This document shows, piece after piece, positions 1-7,318 of a DNA stretch of 24,301 bases (its first letter is position 1; each line of letters starts with the position of its first letter). Origin of the DNA: a virus; UHGV virus genome UHGV-1420800; one strand, written 5' to 3'. The position numbers were made by a program, and so were the translations under genes. The notes below the pieces were generated by a model, which saw only the letters and a list, made by a program, of their open reading frames with translations, made no database searches and was not told where the DNA came from.

Positions 1-44
1 ATAGCGTAGCGTCTCGTGGGCTCGGAGATGTGTATAAGAGACAG
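1..44. other. Illumina Nextera adapter (end of P7 'AT', 8-nt i7 index AGCGTAGC, GTCTCGTGGGCTCGG, Tn5 mosaic end AGATGTGTATAAGAGACAG); non-biological
   Basis: GTCTCGTGGGCTCGGAGATGTGTATAAGAGACAG reads exactly at 11-44. The 8 nt before it match the Nextera N709 index as I remember it. Confidence 0.93.
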
Positions 45-45
45 C

Positions 46-432
46 TCTAATACTGACGTATTAGAGAGTGCCACAGCAGACAAAAAGTCTGACAAGAAAA
101 AACCTTCCGTTAGCTGTCAGGATGTTGTCGATGCTTACCACGAAATCCTTCCTGAAGCGCCAAGAATCCGCGCACTGAATGACAAGCGTAAAAACCAGAT
201 CCGAACGTTCTGGCGCAAAGCCGGAGTGATAACCCGCCAGCTTGACGGGCATGGGTTCACGATGCAGGACTGGAGAAATTATTTGAGCTACGTAGGCGAA
301 AATTGCCGATGGATGTTCGAAGAGCGTCCAAACCATCAACGCGGAACCGTCTGGCACAAAAAGGGATTTGATTTCCTGCTTAACGACAATACCTACCTGA
401 AAGTTCGTGAGGGTGAACACGATGACCGATAA
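46..432 (+). CDS. Replication initiation protein, C-terminal fragment (P22 gp18-like); 5' end cut off by the contig end and adapter
   Basis: The frame is open from the adapter junction to TAA at 430-432 and lies directly upstream of, and overlapping, the DnaB-type helicase gene, as in P22 18-12. The first ~10 residues of the listed ORF ([10 protein letters not shown]) are adapter-encoded. Confidence 0.6.
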   Translation, partial: SNTDVLESATADKKSDKKKPSVSCQDVVDAYHEILPEAPRIRALNDKRKNQIRTFWRKAGVITRQLDGHGFTMQDWRNYLSYVGENCRWMFEERPNHQRGTVWHKKGFDFLLNDNTYLKVREGEHDDR

Positions 433-1858
433 TTTTTATGCGCCGCCCCATAGCATCGAGGCTGAGCAGGCGGTGATTGGTGGATTGCTTCTGGATGATG
501 ACAGCAGTGAGCGCGTCCAGAAAGTTCTGGCGATGCTGAAGCCTGATTCATTTTACAGCCGACCACACAAAATCCTTTTCGAAGAAATAACCAGAATGCA
601 CCGGGAGCAAAAGCCAGTAGATGGCCTGACGCTTTTCGATGAACTGGAGCGTAAATCGTTAACGGCGTCTGTTGGCGGTTTTGCTTATATCGCTGAGATC
701 GCAAAGAACACGCCAAGCGCCGCAAACATCGTTGCCTATGCAATGCAGGTTCGTGAAACCGCAATGGAACGCTACGCCATTAACCGCATGACTGAAGCGA
801 CGGAATTGCTCTATTCACGCAACGGAATGACTGCAACGCAGAAGTACGAAGCTATTCAGGCGATTTTCACGCAACTGACAGACCATGCAAAAACCGGATC
901 GCGTCGCGGCCTTCGCTCATTTGGTGAGGTCATGGAAGACTGGGTTAGCGACCTTGAGAAGCGATTTGACCCGTCAGGCGAACAACGGGGAATGAGCACA
1001 GGGATCCCATCGCTGGACAGGATGCTGTCGCCGAAAGGTCTGGTGAAAGGCTCTCTGTTTGTCATTGGCGCTCGCCCTAAGATGGGGAAAACGACGCTAT
1101 ACAGCCAGATGGCAATCAACTGCGCAGTGCATGAGAAAAAGCCCGCTCTGATGTTCAGCCTTGAAATGCCAGGTGATCAGATACTGGAAAAACTGGTAGG
1201 ACAGAAGTCAGGTGTTAACCCGAATATTTTTTACCTTCCGGCGACAAATGACGCTGATGACGGCTATCAGGGTGATTACGATGGTGACTTCAACAGGGCG
1301 ATCGAAACAGCCAATCGCTTGAGTGAAATCGACCTGCTTTACATCGACGACACGCCGGGATTATCTCTGGCTCAAATCGTCAGCGAAAGCCGTCGAATCA
1401 AACGAGAAAAAGGATGCGTTGGCATGATTCTGGTCGATTACCTGACGCTAATGACCGCTGAAAAGGCCGATCGTAACGACCTTGCCTACGGCATGATCAC
1501 CAAAGGACTGAAGAACCTTGCCAAAGAGCTTGATTGCGTTGTTGTGCTTCTGACACAGCTTAACCGCGCACTGGAAAGCCGAACCAATAAACGCCCATTA
1601 CCAAGTGACTCACGAGATACAGGGCAGATTGAACAGGATTGCGATTATTGGGTGGGGATCCATCGTGAAGGTGCTTTTGATGACAGTGTTCCACCTGGTG
1701 AAACCGAACTAATCCTTCGTCTCAATCGTCATGGCAATACCGGCACGGTGTATTGCATTCAGGCAAATGGAGCTATTTATGACACAGACCAACAGTCTGC
1801 TGAAATGCGCCGCCGTGAACGCGAGGAACCGCAGTCCAAGAAGAAAGGAGGATTCTGA
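422..1858 (+). CDS. Replicative DNA helicase, DnaB family (P22 gp12-like)
   Basis: DnaB N-terminal signature PPHSIEAEQAVIGGLLLD, Walker A GARPKMGKTT, and RecA-like C-terminal motifs (ILVDYLTLM, VVVLLTQLNR). ATG at 422 is preceded by GAGGGTG. The listed 407 start is a GTG extension. Confidence 0.93.
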   Translation: MTDNFYAPPHSIEAEQAVIGGLLLDDDSSERVQKVLAMLKPDSFYSRPHKILFEEITRMHREQKPVDGLTLFDELERKSLTASVGGFAYIAEIAKNTPSAANIVAYAMQVRETAMERYAINRMTEATELLYSRNGMTATQKYEAIQAIFTQLTDHAKTGSRRGLRSFGEVMEDWVSDLEKRFDPSGEQRGMSTGIPSLDRMLSPKGLVKGSLFVIGARPKMGKTTLYSQMAINCAVHEKKPALMFSLEMPGDQILEKLVGQKSGVNPNIFYLPATNDADDGYQGDYDGDFNRAIETANRLSEIDLLYIDDTPGLSLAQIVSESRRIKREKGCVGMILVDYLTLMTAEKADRNDLAYGMITKGLKNLAKELDCVVVLLTQLNRALESRTNKRPLPSDSRDTGQIEQDCDYWVGIHREGAFDDSVPPGETELILRLNRHGNTGTVYCIQANGAIYDTDQQSAEMRRREREEPQSKKKGGF

Positions 1859-1950
1859 TGACCATCTACATCACTGAGCTAATAACAGGCCTGCTGGTAA
1901 TCGCAGGCCTTTTTATTTGGGGGAGGGTAATTGGAGGCTTTAAGAAATGA
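1858..1950 (+). CDS. 30-aa hydrophobic mini-ORF (MTIYITELITGLLVIAGLFIWGRVIGGFKK); hypothetical
   Basis: AAGGAGG lies 6 nt upstream of ATG 1858. There are ATGA overlaps with the helicase stop (1856-1858) and with the start of the next ORF (1947). It is below the 60-aa ORF-track cutoff and contains the terminator hairpin. Confidence 0.35.
   Translation: MTIYITELITGLLVIAGLFIWGRVIGGFKK
1887..1918 (+). terminator. Rho-independent terminator, lambda tR2-like
   Basis: Perfect 8-bp GC-rich stem AGGCCTGC (1887-1894) / GCAGGCCT (1903-1910), 8-nt loop, then TTTTTATTT. As I recall, the sequence matches the lambda ren-ninB spacer. Confidence 0.8.
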
Positions 1951-2162
1951 GTACGATAGTTGAGCTTGTCCGCGCCGACTTTCAGGAGAACATTGGTCGT
2001 GCAAAGCGGTACTGGTCTGCTTCCAGACTTCCGACTGGTGAGAGACAGAAAAACGCCCCTAAGCCACGTAGCTATCCGCGTGACCGCGTTCTTCGCCGGT
2101 TGGTTAAAATCGATACTGATTTTCAGTGTGACAGAATTATCCGGAACCTGGATTTAAAGTGA
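1947..2162 (+). CDS. Hypothetical protein, 71 aa, basic
   Basis: ATG has GGAGG 9 nt upstream and sits in the ren/ninA-equivalent slot. I recognise no family. Confidence 0.5.
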   Translation: MSTIVELVRADFQENIGRAKRYWSASRLPTGERQKNAPKPRSYPRDRVLRRLVKIDTDFQCDRIIRNLDLK

Positions 2163-2172
2163 AGGAGTGAGC

Positions 2173-2379
2173 ATGACAAATCAGGAGCAAATAGAGTTCA
2201 TCCTTGAGCAGATCCGAAAAATGCGAGAAAAGAACCAGCCAGACATGATGGAAATATGGAGACGCCAGCAGGAAGAATACCGCAAGCATATTTTTGGTGA
2301 GAGAAAACAGGATGAATGGAGCCTATATGACTATGGCACCAGGACAAATAAAAACGGATATAGCCTTTACACATATTGA
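2173..2379 (+). CDS. Hypothetical protein, 68 aa, charged and helical
   Basis: ATG 2173 has AAGGAG 6 nt upstream. The listed 2167 start is GTG. The stop lies just upstream of ninB. I recognise no family. Confidence 0.55.
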   Translation: MTNQEQIEFILEQIRKMREKNQPDMMEIWRRQQEEYRKHIFGERKQDEWSLYDYGTRTNKNGYSLYTY

Positions 2380-2387
2380 GGAATTCC

Positions 2388-2798
2388 ATGAAACAGACAA
2401 TTTTCCTCAGGAGTAAGCAACAACAGCAAGCCGCAATCAACGCCATCCTCGCAACACCACTCGATAAAGACAAGCCAGTCACCATCCGCATTACTGACTA
2501 CAAGCGCAACCTTGACCAGAACGCGAAATTTCACGCGATGCTGGCGGATATCGCTCGTCAGGTTCAATGGTGCGGCAAATGGTTAAAACCAGAACAATGG
2601 AAGGTTTTGTTGATAAGCGGTCATGCAGTGGCAACAAAGCAGGAAGCTGATGTTTTGCCCGGCCTTGAAGGCGAATACGTCAACATTCGCGAAAGCAGCG
2701 CGCAGATGAGCGTGAAGCGTATGGCAAGTCTGATCGAGTACACAACAGCCTGGGCTATTGGTCAGGGTGTCAGATTTACCGACAGGAGGTACGAATGA
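2388..2798 (+). CDS. ninB: NinB (Orf-family recombination mediator)
   Basis: The sequence has the lambda/P22 NinB pattern ([22 protein letters not shown]...W...WK). ATG 2388 has a GAGGAA SD. It sits in the conserved position upstream of ninD. Confidence 0.88.
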   Translation: MKQTIFLRSKQQQQAAINAILATPLDKDKPVTIRITDYKRNLDQNAKFHAMLADIARQVQWCGKWLKPEQWKVLLISGHAVATKQEADVLPGLEGEYVNIRESSAQMSVKRMASLIEYTTAWAIGQGVRFTDRRYE

Positions 2799-2971
2799 GA
2801 CGACAGCGACGAAGTATCACCGACATCATCTGCGAAAACTGCAAATACCTTCCAACGAAGCGCTCCAGAAATAAACCCAAGCCAATCCCAAAAGAATCTG
2901 ACGTAAAAACCTTCAACTACACGGCTCACCTGTGGGATATCCGGTGGCTAAGACATCGTGCGAGGAAATGA
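2795..2971 (+). CDS. ninD: NinD (58 aa, Cys-containing small protein)
   Basis: Translation [58 protein letters not shown] is near-identical to lambda NinD as I remember it. It has an ATGA overlap with the ninB stop and is below the ORF-track cutoff. Confidence 0.85.
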   Translation: MRRQRRSITDIICENCKYLPTKRSRNKPKPIPKESDVKTFNYTAHLWDIRWLRHRARK

Positions 2972-3333
2972 CAATGGATTATTCACAGTTAAGTGATTTT
3001 GAAATTAACGTGGCGGTATTCGAAGCCATTCATAACGGATCACCGGATTACAAAGAAGGTGAGAATGGCGATATGGTGTTTGTCTCATTTGAGGGAGACA
3101 TTGTAAACGGAGACGCAGTTGAAGTAGAAGTTGAGCGCGGATCCTTTAACCCATGCGCAAACCCAGCAGACGCATGGCCGATTATTGAAAAATACAGGAT
3201 TAGCATTATCAATCTCGATGAAGACGAGTGGGGTGCACGCGGTGTGGCCTACTGTAAATCTAAGCGAGCTATACATGAAAATCCCCTCCGCGCCGCCATG
3301 ATTGTCTTTCTCATGATGCAGAGAATCCAATAA
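2968..3333 (+). CDS. ninX: NinX-like protein (DUF2591 family)
   Basis: [14 protein letters not shown]...[14 protein letters not shown] is typical of DUF2591/NinX. ATG 2968 overlaps the ninD stop (ATGA). The listed 2932 start would run through ninD. Confidence 0.75.
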   Translation: MTMDYSQLSDFEINVAVFEAIHNGSPDYKEGENGDMVFVSFEGDIVNGDAVEVEVERGSFNPCANPADAWPIIEKYRISIINLDEDEWGARGVAYCKSKRAIHENPLRAAMIVFLMMQRIQ

Positions 3334-3509
3334 TGCTTAGCCCATCCCAATCCCTTCAATACCAGAAAGAAAGCGTCGAGCGGGCTTTAACGTGCGCTAA
3401 CTGCGGTCAGAAGCTGCATGTGCTGGAAGTTCACGTGTGTGAGCACTGCTGCGCAGAACTGATGAGCGATCCGAATAGCTCAATGTACGAGGAAGAAGAC
3501 GATGGCTAA
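3333..3509 (+). CDS. ninF: NinF (58 aa, CxxC...CxxC)
   Basis: [58 protein letters not shown] matches lambda NinF as I remember it. It has a TAATG junction with ninX and its end overlaps the ninG start. Confidence 0.85.
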   Translation: MLSPSQSLQYQKESVERALTCANCGQKLHVLEVHVCEHCCAELMSDPNSSMYEEEDDG

Positions 3510-4113
3510 ACCAGCGCGAAGACGATGTAAAAACGATGAATGTCGGGAATGGTTTCACCCTGCATTCGCTAATCAGTGGTGGTGCTCTCCAGAGTGTGGA
3601 ACCAAGATAGCACTCGAACGACGAAGTAAAGAACGCGAAAAAGCGGAAAAAGCAGCAGAGAAGAAACGACGACGAGAGGATCAGAAACAGAAAGATAAAC
3701 TTAAGATTCGAAAACTCGCCTTAAAGCCCCGCAGTTACTGGATTAAACAAGCCCAACAAGCCGTAAACGCCTTCATCAGAGAAAGAGACCGCGACTTACC
3801 ATGTATCTCGTGCGGAACGCTCACGTCTGCTCAGTGGGATGCCGGGCATTACCGGACAACTGCTGCGGCGCCTCAACTCCGATTTGATGAACGCAATATT
3901 CACAAGCAATGCGTGGTGTGCAACCAGCACAAAAGCGGAAATCTCGTTCCGTATCGCGTCGAACTGATTAATCGCATCGGGCAGGAAGCAGTAGACGAAA
4001 TCGAATCAAACCATAACCGCCATCGCTGGACTGTCGAAGAGTGCAAGGCGATCAAGGCAGAGTACCAACAGAAACTCAAAGACCTGCGAAATAGCAGAAG
4101 TGAGGCCGCATGA
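3502..4113 (+). CDS. ninG: NinG/Rap Holliday-junction and branched-DNA endonuclease
   Basis: 203 aa with a near-lambda NinG sequence: an N-terminal Cys cluster, a basic [17 protein letters not shown] linker, and a C-terminal CISCG...H...CVVCNQHK nuclease motif. Confidence 0.92.
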   Translation: MAKPARRRCKNDECREWFHPAFANQWWCSPECGTKIALERRSKEREKAEKAAEKKRRREDQKQKDKLKIRKLALKPRSYWIKQAQQAVNAFIRERDRDLPCISCGTLTSAQWDAGHYRTTAAAPQLRFDERNIHKQCVVCNQHKSGNLVPYRVELINRIGQEAVDEIESNHNRHRWTVEECKAIKAEYQQKLKDLRNSRSEAA

Positions 4114-4316
4114 CGTTCTCAGTAAAAACCATTCCAGACATGCTCGTTGAAGCATACGGAAACCAGACAGAAGTAGCACGCAGACTGAAATGTAGTCGCG
4201 GTACGGTCAGAAAATACGTTGATGATAAAGACGGGAAAATGCACGCCATCGTCAACGACGTTCTCATGGTTCATCGCGGATGGAGTGAAAGAGATGCGCT
4301 ATTACGAAAAAATTGA
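4110..4316 (+). CDS. ninH: NinH (small HTH, Fis-like DNA-binding protein)
   Basis: 68 aa, [37 protein letters not shown], matching lambda NinH as I remember it. It has an ATGA overlap with the ninG stop. Confidence 0.88.
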   Translation: MTFSVKTIPDMLVEAYGNQTEVARRLKCSRGTVRKYVDDKDGKMHAIVNDVLMVHRGWSERDALLRKN

Positions 4317-4965
4317 TGGCAGCAAATACCGAAATATTTGGGTAGTTGGCGATCTGCACGGATGCTACACGAACCTGATGAAAAAACTGGAGACGATAGG
4401 ATTCGACACCAAAAAAGACCTGCTTATCTCGGTTGGCGATTTGGTCGATCGCGGTACAGAGAACGTCGAATGCCTGGAATTAATCACATTCCCCTGGTTC
4501 AGAGCTGTACGTGGAAACCATGAGCAAATGATGATTGATGGCTTATCAGAGCGCGGAAACGTCAATCACTGGCTGCTTAATGGCGGTGGCTGGTTCTTTA
4601 ATCTCGATTACGACAAAGAAATTCTGGCCAAAGCTCTTGCCCATAAAGCAGATGAACTTCCGTTAATCATCGAACTGGTGAGTAAAGATAAAAAATATGT
4701 CATCTGCCACGCCGATTATCCTTGTGACGAATACGAGTTTGGAAAGCCAGTTGATCATCAGCAGGTAATCTGGAACCGCGAACGAATCAGCAACTCACAA
4801 GACGGGATCGTGAAAGAAATTAAAGGCGCTGACACGTTCATCTTTGGTCATTCGCCAGCAGTGAAACCGCTCAAATTTGCCAACCAGATGTATATCGATA
4901 CCGGCGCAGTGTTCTGCGGAAATCTCACATTGATTCAGGTACAGGGAGAAGGCGCGTGGGCATAA
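4294..4965 (+). CDS. ninI: Ser/Thr protein phosphatase (lambda PPase, NinI)
   Basis: Metallophosphoesterase motifs GDLHG, GDLVDRG, GNHE and [27 protein letters not shown] is the lambda orf221 N-terminus. The listed 4219 start would overlap most of ninH. Confidence 0.92.
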   Translation: MRYYEKIDGSKYRNIWVVGDLHGCYTNLMKKLETIGFDTKKDLLISVGDLVDRGTENVECLELITFPWFRAVRGNHEQMMIDGLSERGNVNHWLLNGGGWFFNLDYDKEILAKALAHKADELPLIIELVSKDKKYVICHADYPCDEYEFGKPVDHQQVIWNRERISNSQDGIVKEIKGADTFIFGHSPAVKPLKFANQMYIDTGAVFCGNLTLIQVQGEGAWA

Positions 4966-5474
4966 GAGAACTAAACCTCACCAAAGAACAGCATGAGTGG
5001 CTGAATGGCTGGCTTGAACTGTGGGGCGCATGGGTTTATTCAGGTCGTCTGGAAAAGCGCATGAGCAGCGTAATAGCGAAGTTCATGGAGAGCGTAGAGC
5101 CGGGAAGAGTTATGACAAGGCCAATGTGCAATGATGATGATGGAATGTTGATTTCTCAGGTCGTTGATTCCGTCATGTACATTGACAAGAAAGCCTTTGG
5201 CATCCTCCTCAGCTACTACGCTCATGGTTCATCTAAGCGAGCAATTGCATCCTACTATCACGCGACTGCAAAGCCACGCAAGATGTGTGGACGTGGTGGC
5301 GAGGGATGGAGAAAACCTTCACTGGCAACCTGTAGAAACGAAATTGACGACATCCTGAAAGCGTCATTATTTGTTTTATACCAGCCAATGCAAAATGCTT
5401 TCAAAATGCGTAAACGTGTTGAGAAAGTTAAGCATGTTGCTGTTAAAAACCTTGACATGCAATTATCCATTTAG
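4956..5474 (+). CDS. Q: Late-gene antiterminator Q (non-lambda Q type; phage 21/82/P22 gp23-like family)
   Basis: It lies immediately downstream of the nin region and upstream of a strong promoter plus terminator and the lysis genes. The W...LE.WG.W motif near the N-terminus is typical of this Q family. It has a GTG start overlapping the ninI end, and there is no in-frame ATG until residue 36. Confidence 0.78.
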   Translation: MGIRELNLTKEQHEWLNGWLELWGAWVYSGRLEKRMSSVIAKFMESVEPGRVMTRPMCNDDDGMLISQVVDSVMYIDKKAFGILLSYYAHGSSKRAIASYYHATAKPRKMCGRGGEGWRKPSLATCRNEIDDILKASLFVLYQPMQNAFKMRKRVEKVKHVAVKNLDMQLSI

Positions 5475-5481
5475 CCATAAT
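5452..5481 (+). promoter_or_regulatory. Late promoter PR'-like (sigma70)
   Basis: Perfect -35 TTGACA (5452-5457, inside the last Q codons), an 18-bp spacer, and -10 CATAAT (5476-5481). A -10-like TAAGCT at 5489-5494 in the initially transcribed region is a candidate sigma-dependent pause element for Q loading. Confidence 0.65.
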
Positions 5482-5490
5482 TAGAAGGTA

Positions 5491-5536
5491 AGCTGCCGTT
5501 AGTGACTCTTAAGTTGCAACGGTGGCTTTTTTGTTT
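5491..5536 (+). terminator. Rho-independent terminator tR'-like, directly downstream of PR'
   Basis: AGCTGCCGTT (5491-5500) pairs with AACGGTGGCT (5518-5527), giving 10 bp including 2 G-U pairs, and is followed by TTTTTTGTTT. Sequence I recall as lambda-identical (TGCACAACAGGTAAGAGCATTGA) starts right after the T-tract, as it does after lambda tR'. Confidence 0.7.
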
Positions 5537-5915
5537 GCACAACAGGTAAGAGCATTGAACCCGCAGACCTCGCGGAATTGGTGAAAGGTGCCGCGCAGTA
5601 CTCTTATCGTTGTGGTGAATACGCAGGCTGATGCGTTAATCAGGTGAACGAGACACCCGCCGGTCCGTGATATGGCACACCGTGCCGGTCATATCTGCCG
5701 CGGTTAGGTTTACGAGGATTTCGTAAAGCTGGTCTAGGGTGAAGCCGTGAAAGCGGAGGAAGTAAAACGAGGCGTCGGTACACGCCTATCGTCATTAAGT
5801 CGGAGTTCAGCACCGACCGCCACAACCCAACCTGAGCCGTAGCCACTGGCTATCCTGAATTCATCAGTGATAGTTATGCTGCGGCCTTCTACACATGACC
5901 TTCGTGAAAGCGGGT

Positions 5916-5950
5916 GGCATGAGGTTGCGCTAACAACCTCCTGCCGTTTT
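5916..5950 (+). terminator. Second terminator-like hairpin in the late leader (conserved with lambda)
   Basis: GGCATGAGGTTG (5916-5927) pairs with CAACCTCCTGCC (5934-5945), giving 11 of 12 pairs with a T-C mismatch at 5920/5941. The loop is CGCTAA and GTTTT follows. Confidence 0.5.
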
Positions 5951-6050
5951 GCCCGTGCATATCGGTCACGAACAAATCTGATTACTAAACACAGTAGCCT
6001 GGATTTGTTCTATCAGTAATCGACCTTATTCCTAATTAAATAGAGCAAAT

Positions 6051-6079
6051 CCCCTTATTGTGGGTAAGACATGAAGATG
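6051..6079 (+). promoter_or_regulatory. S-gene translational control region (sdi-like hairpin plus dual starts Met1/Met3)
   Basis: CCCCTTATTGTGGGTAAGACATGAAGATG. The two in-frame ATGs at 6071 and 6077, separated by a Lys codon, are the lambda S107/S105 arrangement. Confidence 0.6.
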
Positions 6080-6394
6080 CCAGAAAAACATGACCTGTTA
6101 GCCGCCATTCTCGCGGCAAAGGAACAAGGCATCGGGGCAATCCTTGCGTTTGCAATGGCGTACCTTCGCGGCAGATATAATGGCGGTGCGTTTACAAAAA
6201 CAGTAATCGACGCAACGATGTGCGCCATTATCGCCTGGTTCATTCGTGACCTTCTCGACTTCGCCGGACTAAGTAGCAATCTCGCTTATATAACGAGCGT
6301 GTTCATCGGCTACATCGGTACTGACTCGATTGGTTCGCTTATCAAACGCTTCGCTGCTAAAAAAGCCGGAGTAGAAGATGGTGGAAATCAATAA
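6071..6394 (+). CDS. S: Holin/antiholin, lambda S type (class I, three TMDs)
   Basis: 107 aa, [41 protein letters not shown]..., essentially lambda S as I remember it. Confidence 0.95.
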   Translation: MKMPEKHDLLAAILAAKEQGIGAILAFAMAYLRGRYNGGAFTKTVIDATMCAIIAWFIRDLLDFAGLSSNLAYITSVFIGYIGTDSIGSLIKRFAAKKAGVEDGGNQ

Positions 6395-6854
6395 TCAACG
6401 TAAGGCGTTCCTCGATATGCTGGCGTGGTCAGAGGGAACTGATAACGGACGACAGAAAACCAGAAATCATGGTTATGACGTCATTGTTGGCGGAGAGCTA
6501 TTCACTGATTACTCCGATCACCCTCGCAAACTTGTCACGCTAAACCAAAAACTCAAATCAACAGCAGCCGGGCGCTATCAGCTTCTTTCCCGTTGGTGGG
6601 ATGCCTACCGTAAGCAGCTTGGCCTGAAAGACTTCTCTCCCAAAAGTCAGGACGCTGTTGCGCTGCAGCAGATTAAGGAACGTGGCGCTTTGCCGATGAT
6701 TGATCGCGGTGATATCCGTCAGGCAATCGACCGTTGCAGCAATATCTGGGCTTCACTGCCGGGTGCTGGTTATGGTCAGTTTGAGCATAAGGCTGATAGC
6801 CTGATTGCAAAATTCAAAGAAGCAGGCGGAACGGTCAGAGAGATTGAAGTATGA
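6378..6854 (+). CDS. R: Endolysin, lambda R-type lytic transglycosylase
   Basis: 158 aa, [39 protein letters not shown]..., near-identical to lambda R as I remember it. It overlaps the 3' end of S, as in lambda. Confidence 0.95.
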   Translation: MVEINNQRKAFLDMLAWSEGTDNGRQKTRNHGYDVIVGGELFTDYSDHPRKLVTLNQKLKSTAAGRYQLLSRWWDAYRKQLGLKDFSPKSQDAVALQQIKERGALPMIDRGDIRQAIDRCSNIWASLPGAGYGQFEHKADSLIAKFKEAGGTVREIEV

Positions 6855-7318
6855 GTAGAGTAACCGCGATTATCTCTGCTCTGGTTATCTGCATCATCAT
6901 CTGTCTGTCATGGGCTGTTAATCATTACCGTGATAACGCTATCGCCTACAAAGAGCAGCGCGATAACAAGGCCAGTGAACTGGAGAAGGCGAACGCCACC
7001 ATTACTGACATGCAGCAGCGCCAGCGTGATGCTGATGCACTCGATGCTAAATACACGAAGGAGTTAGCTGATGCGAAAGCTGAAAATGATGCTCTTCGGC
7101 GCAAGCTTGATAATGGTGGCAGGGTGCTCGTCAAAGGAAAATGCCCTGTGCCATCCTCAGACGAAACCTCCAGCGCCTCCGGCATGGGCAATGATGCCAC
7201 CGTCGAACTCTCTCCAGTTGCTGGACGAAACGTTCTCGGTGTCCGGGACGGAATTATCCGCGACCAAACAGCACTGAGAACGCTTCAGGAATACATCAGG
7301 ACGCAATGCCTTCGATGA
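6851..7318 (+). CDS. Rz: i-spanin Rz (inner-membrane subunit)
   Basis: N-terminal TMD ([18 protein letters not shown]), coiled-coil periplasmic domain, and an ATGA overlap with the R stop. The N-terminal ~83 aa are lambda-like and the C-terminal part differs. Confidence 0.9.
   Translation: MSRVTAIISALVICIIICLSWAVNHYRDNAIAYKEQRDNKASELEKANATITDMQQRQRDADALDAKYTKELADAKAENDALRRKLDNGGRVLVKGKCPVPSSDETSSASGMGNDATVELSPVAGRNVLGVRDGIIRDQTALRTLQEYIRTQCLR
7071..7277 (+). CDS. Rz1: o-spanin Rz1 (outer-membrane lipoprotein), embedded in the +1 frame of Rz
   Basis: AAGGAG lies 7 nt upstream of ATG 7071. The signal peptide has the lipobox VAGC (Cys19) and the mature part is proline-rich (KPPAPPAW), as in lambda Rz1. 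Confidence 0.85.
   Translation: MRKLKMMLFGASLIMVAGCSSKENALCHPQTKPPAPPAWAMMPPSNSLQLLDETFSVSGTELSATKQH

Noticed and set aside
393-1119. Minus-strand ORFs (393-764 and 856-1119) antisense to the helicase gene.
   Set aside because: They lie entirely within a confidently assigned DnaB-family CDS, and their compositionally odd translations indicate shadow ORFs.
1960-2157. An alternative-frame 65-aa ORF overlapping the 71-aa ORF at 1947-2162.
   Set aside because: The 1947 frame has the SD (GGAGG) and the ATGA junction, whereas the 1960 frame has no ribosome-binding context. I keep it only as a caveat.
2932-2967. Upstream extensions of listed ORFs: 2932 for NinX, 4219 for NinI, 407 for the helicase, 8861 for gp3, 15215 for the 84-aa ORF, and 2376 for NinB.
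   Set aside because: The extensions overlap the preceding genes extensively or use non-ATG starts, while internal ATGs have proper SD spacing and reproduce the known lambda or P22 N-termini.
5640-5846. A 68-aa minus-strand ORF inside the Q-S leader.
   Set aside because: Its Arg/Pro/Gly-rich, low-complexity translation is typical of a random open frame in GC-rich DNA. It has no SD and is oriented against the late transcript. I treat the region as non-coding RNA or leader instead.
5537-6070. tRNA genes between Q and the lysis genes, as in Stx-type lambdoid phages.
   Set aside because: By eye I could not find a cloverleaf with an acceptor stem, a T-loop (GTTCRANYC) or D-loop signatures. tRNAscan-SE should still be run.
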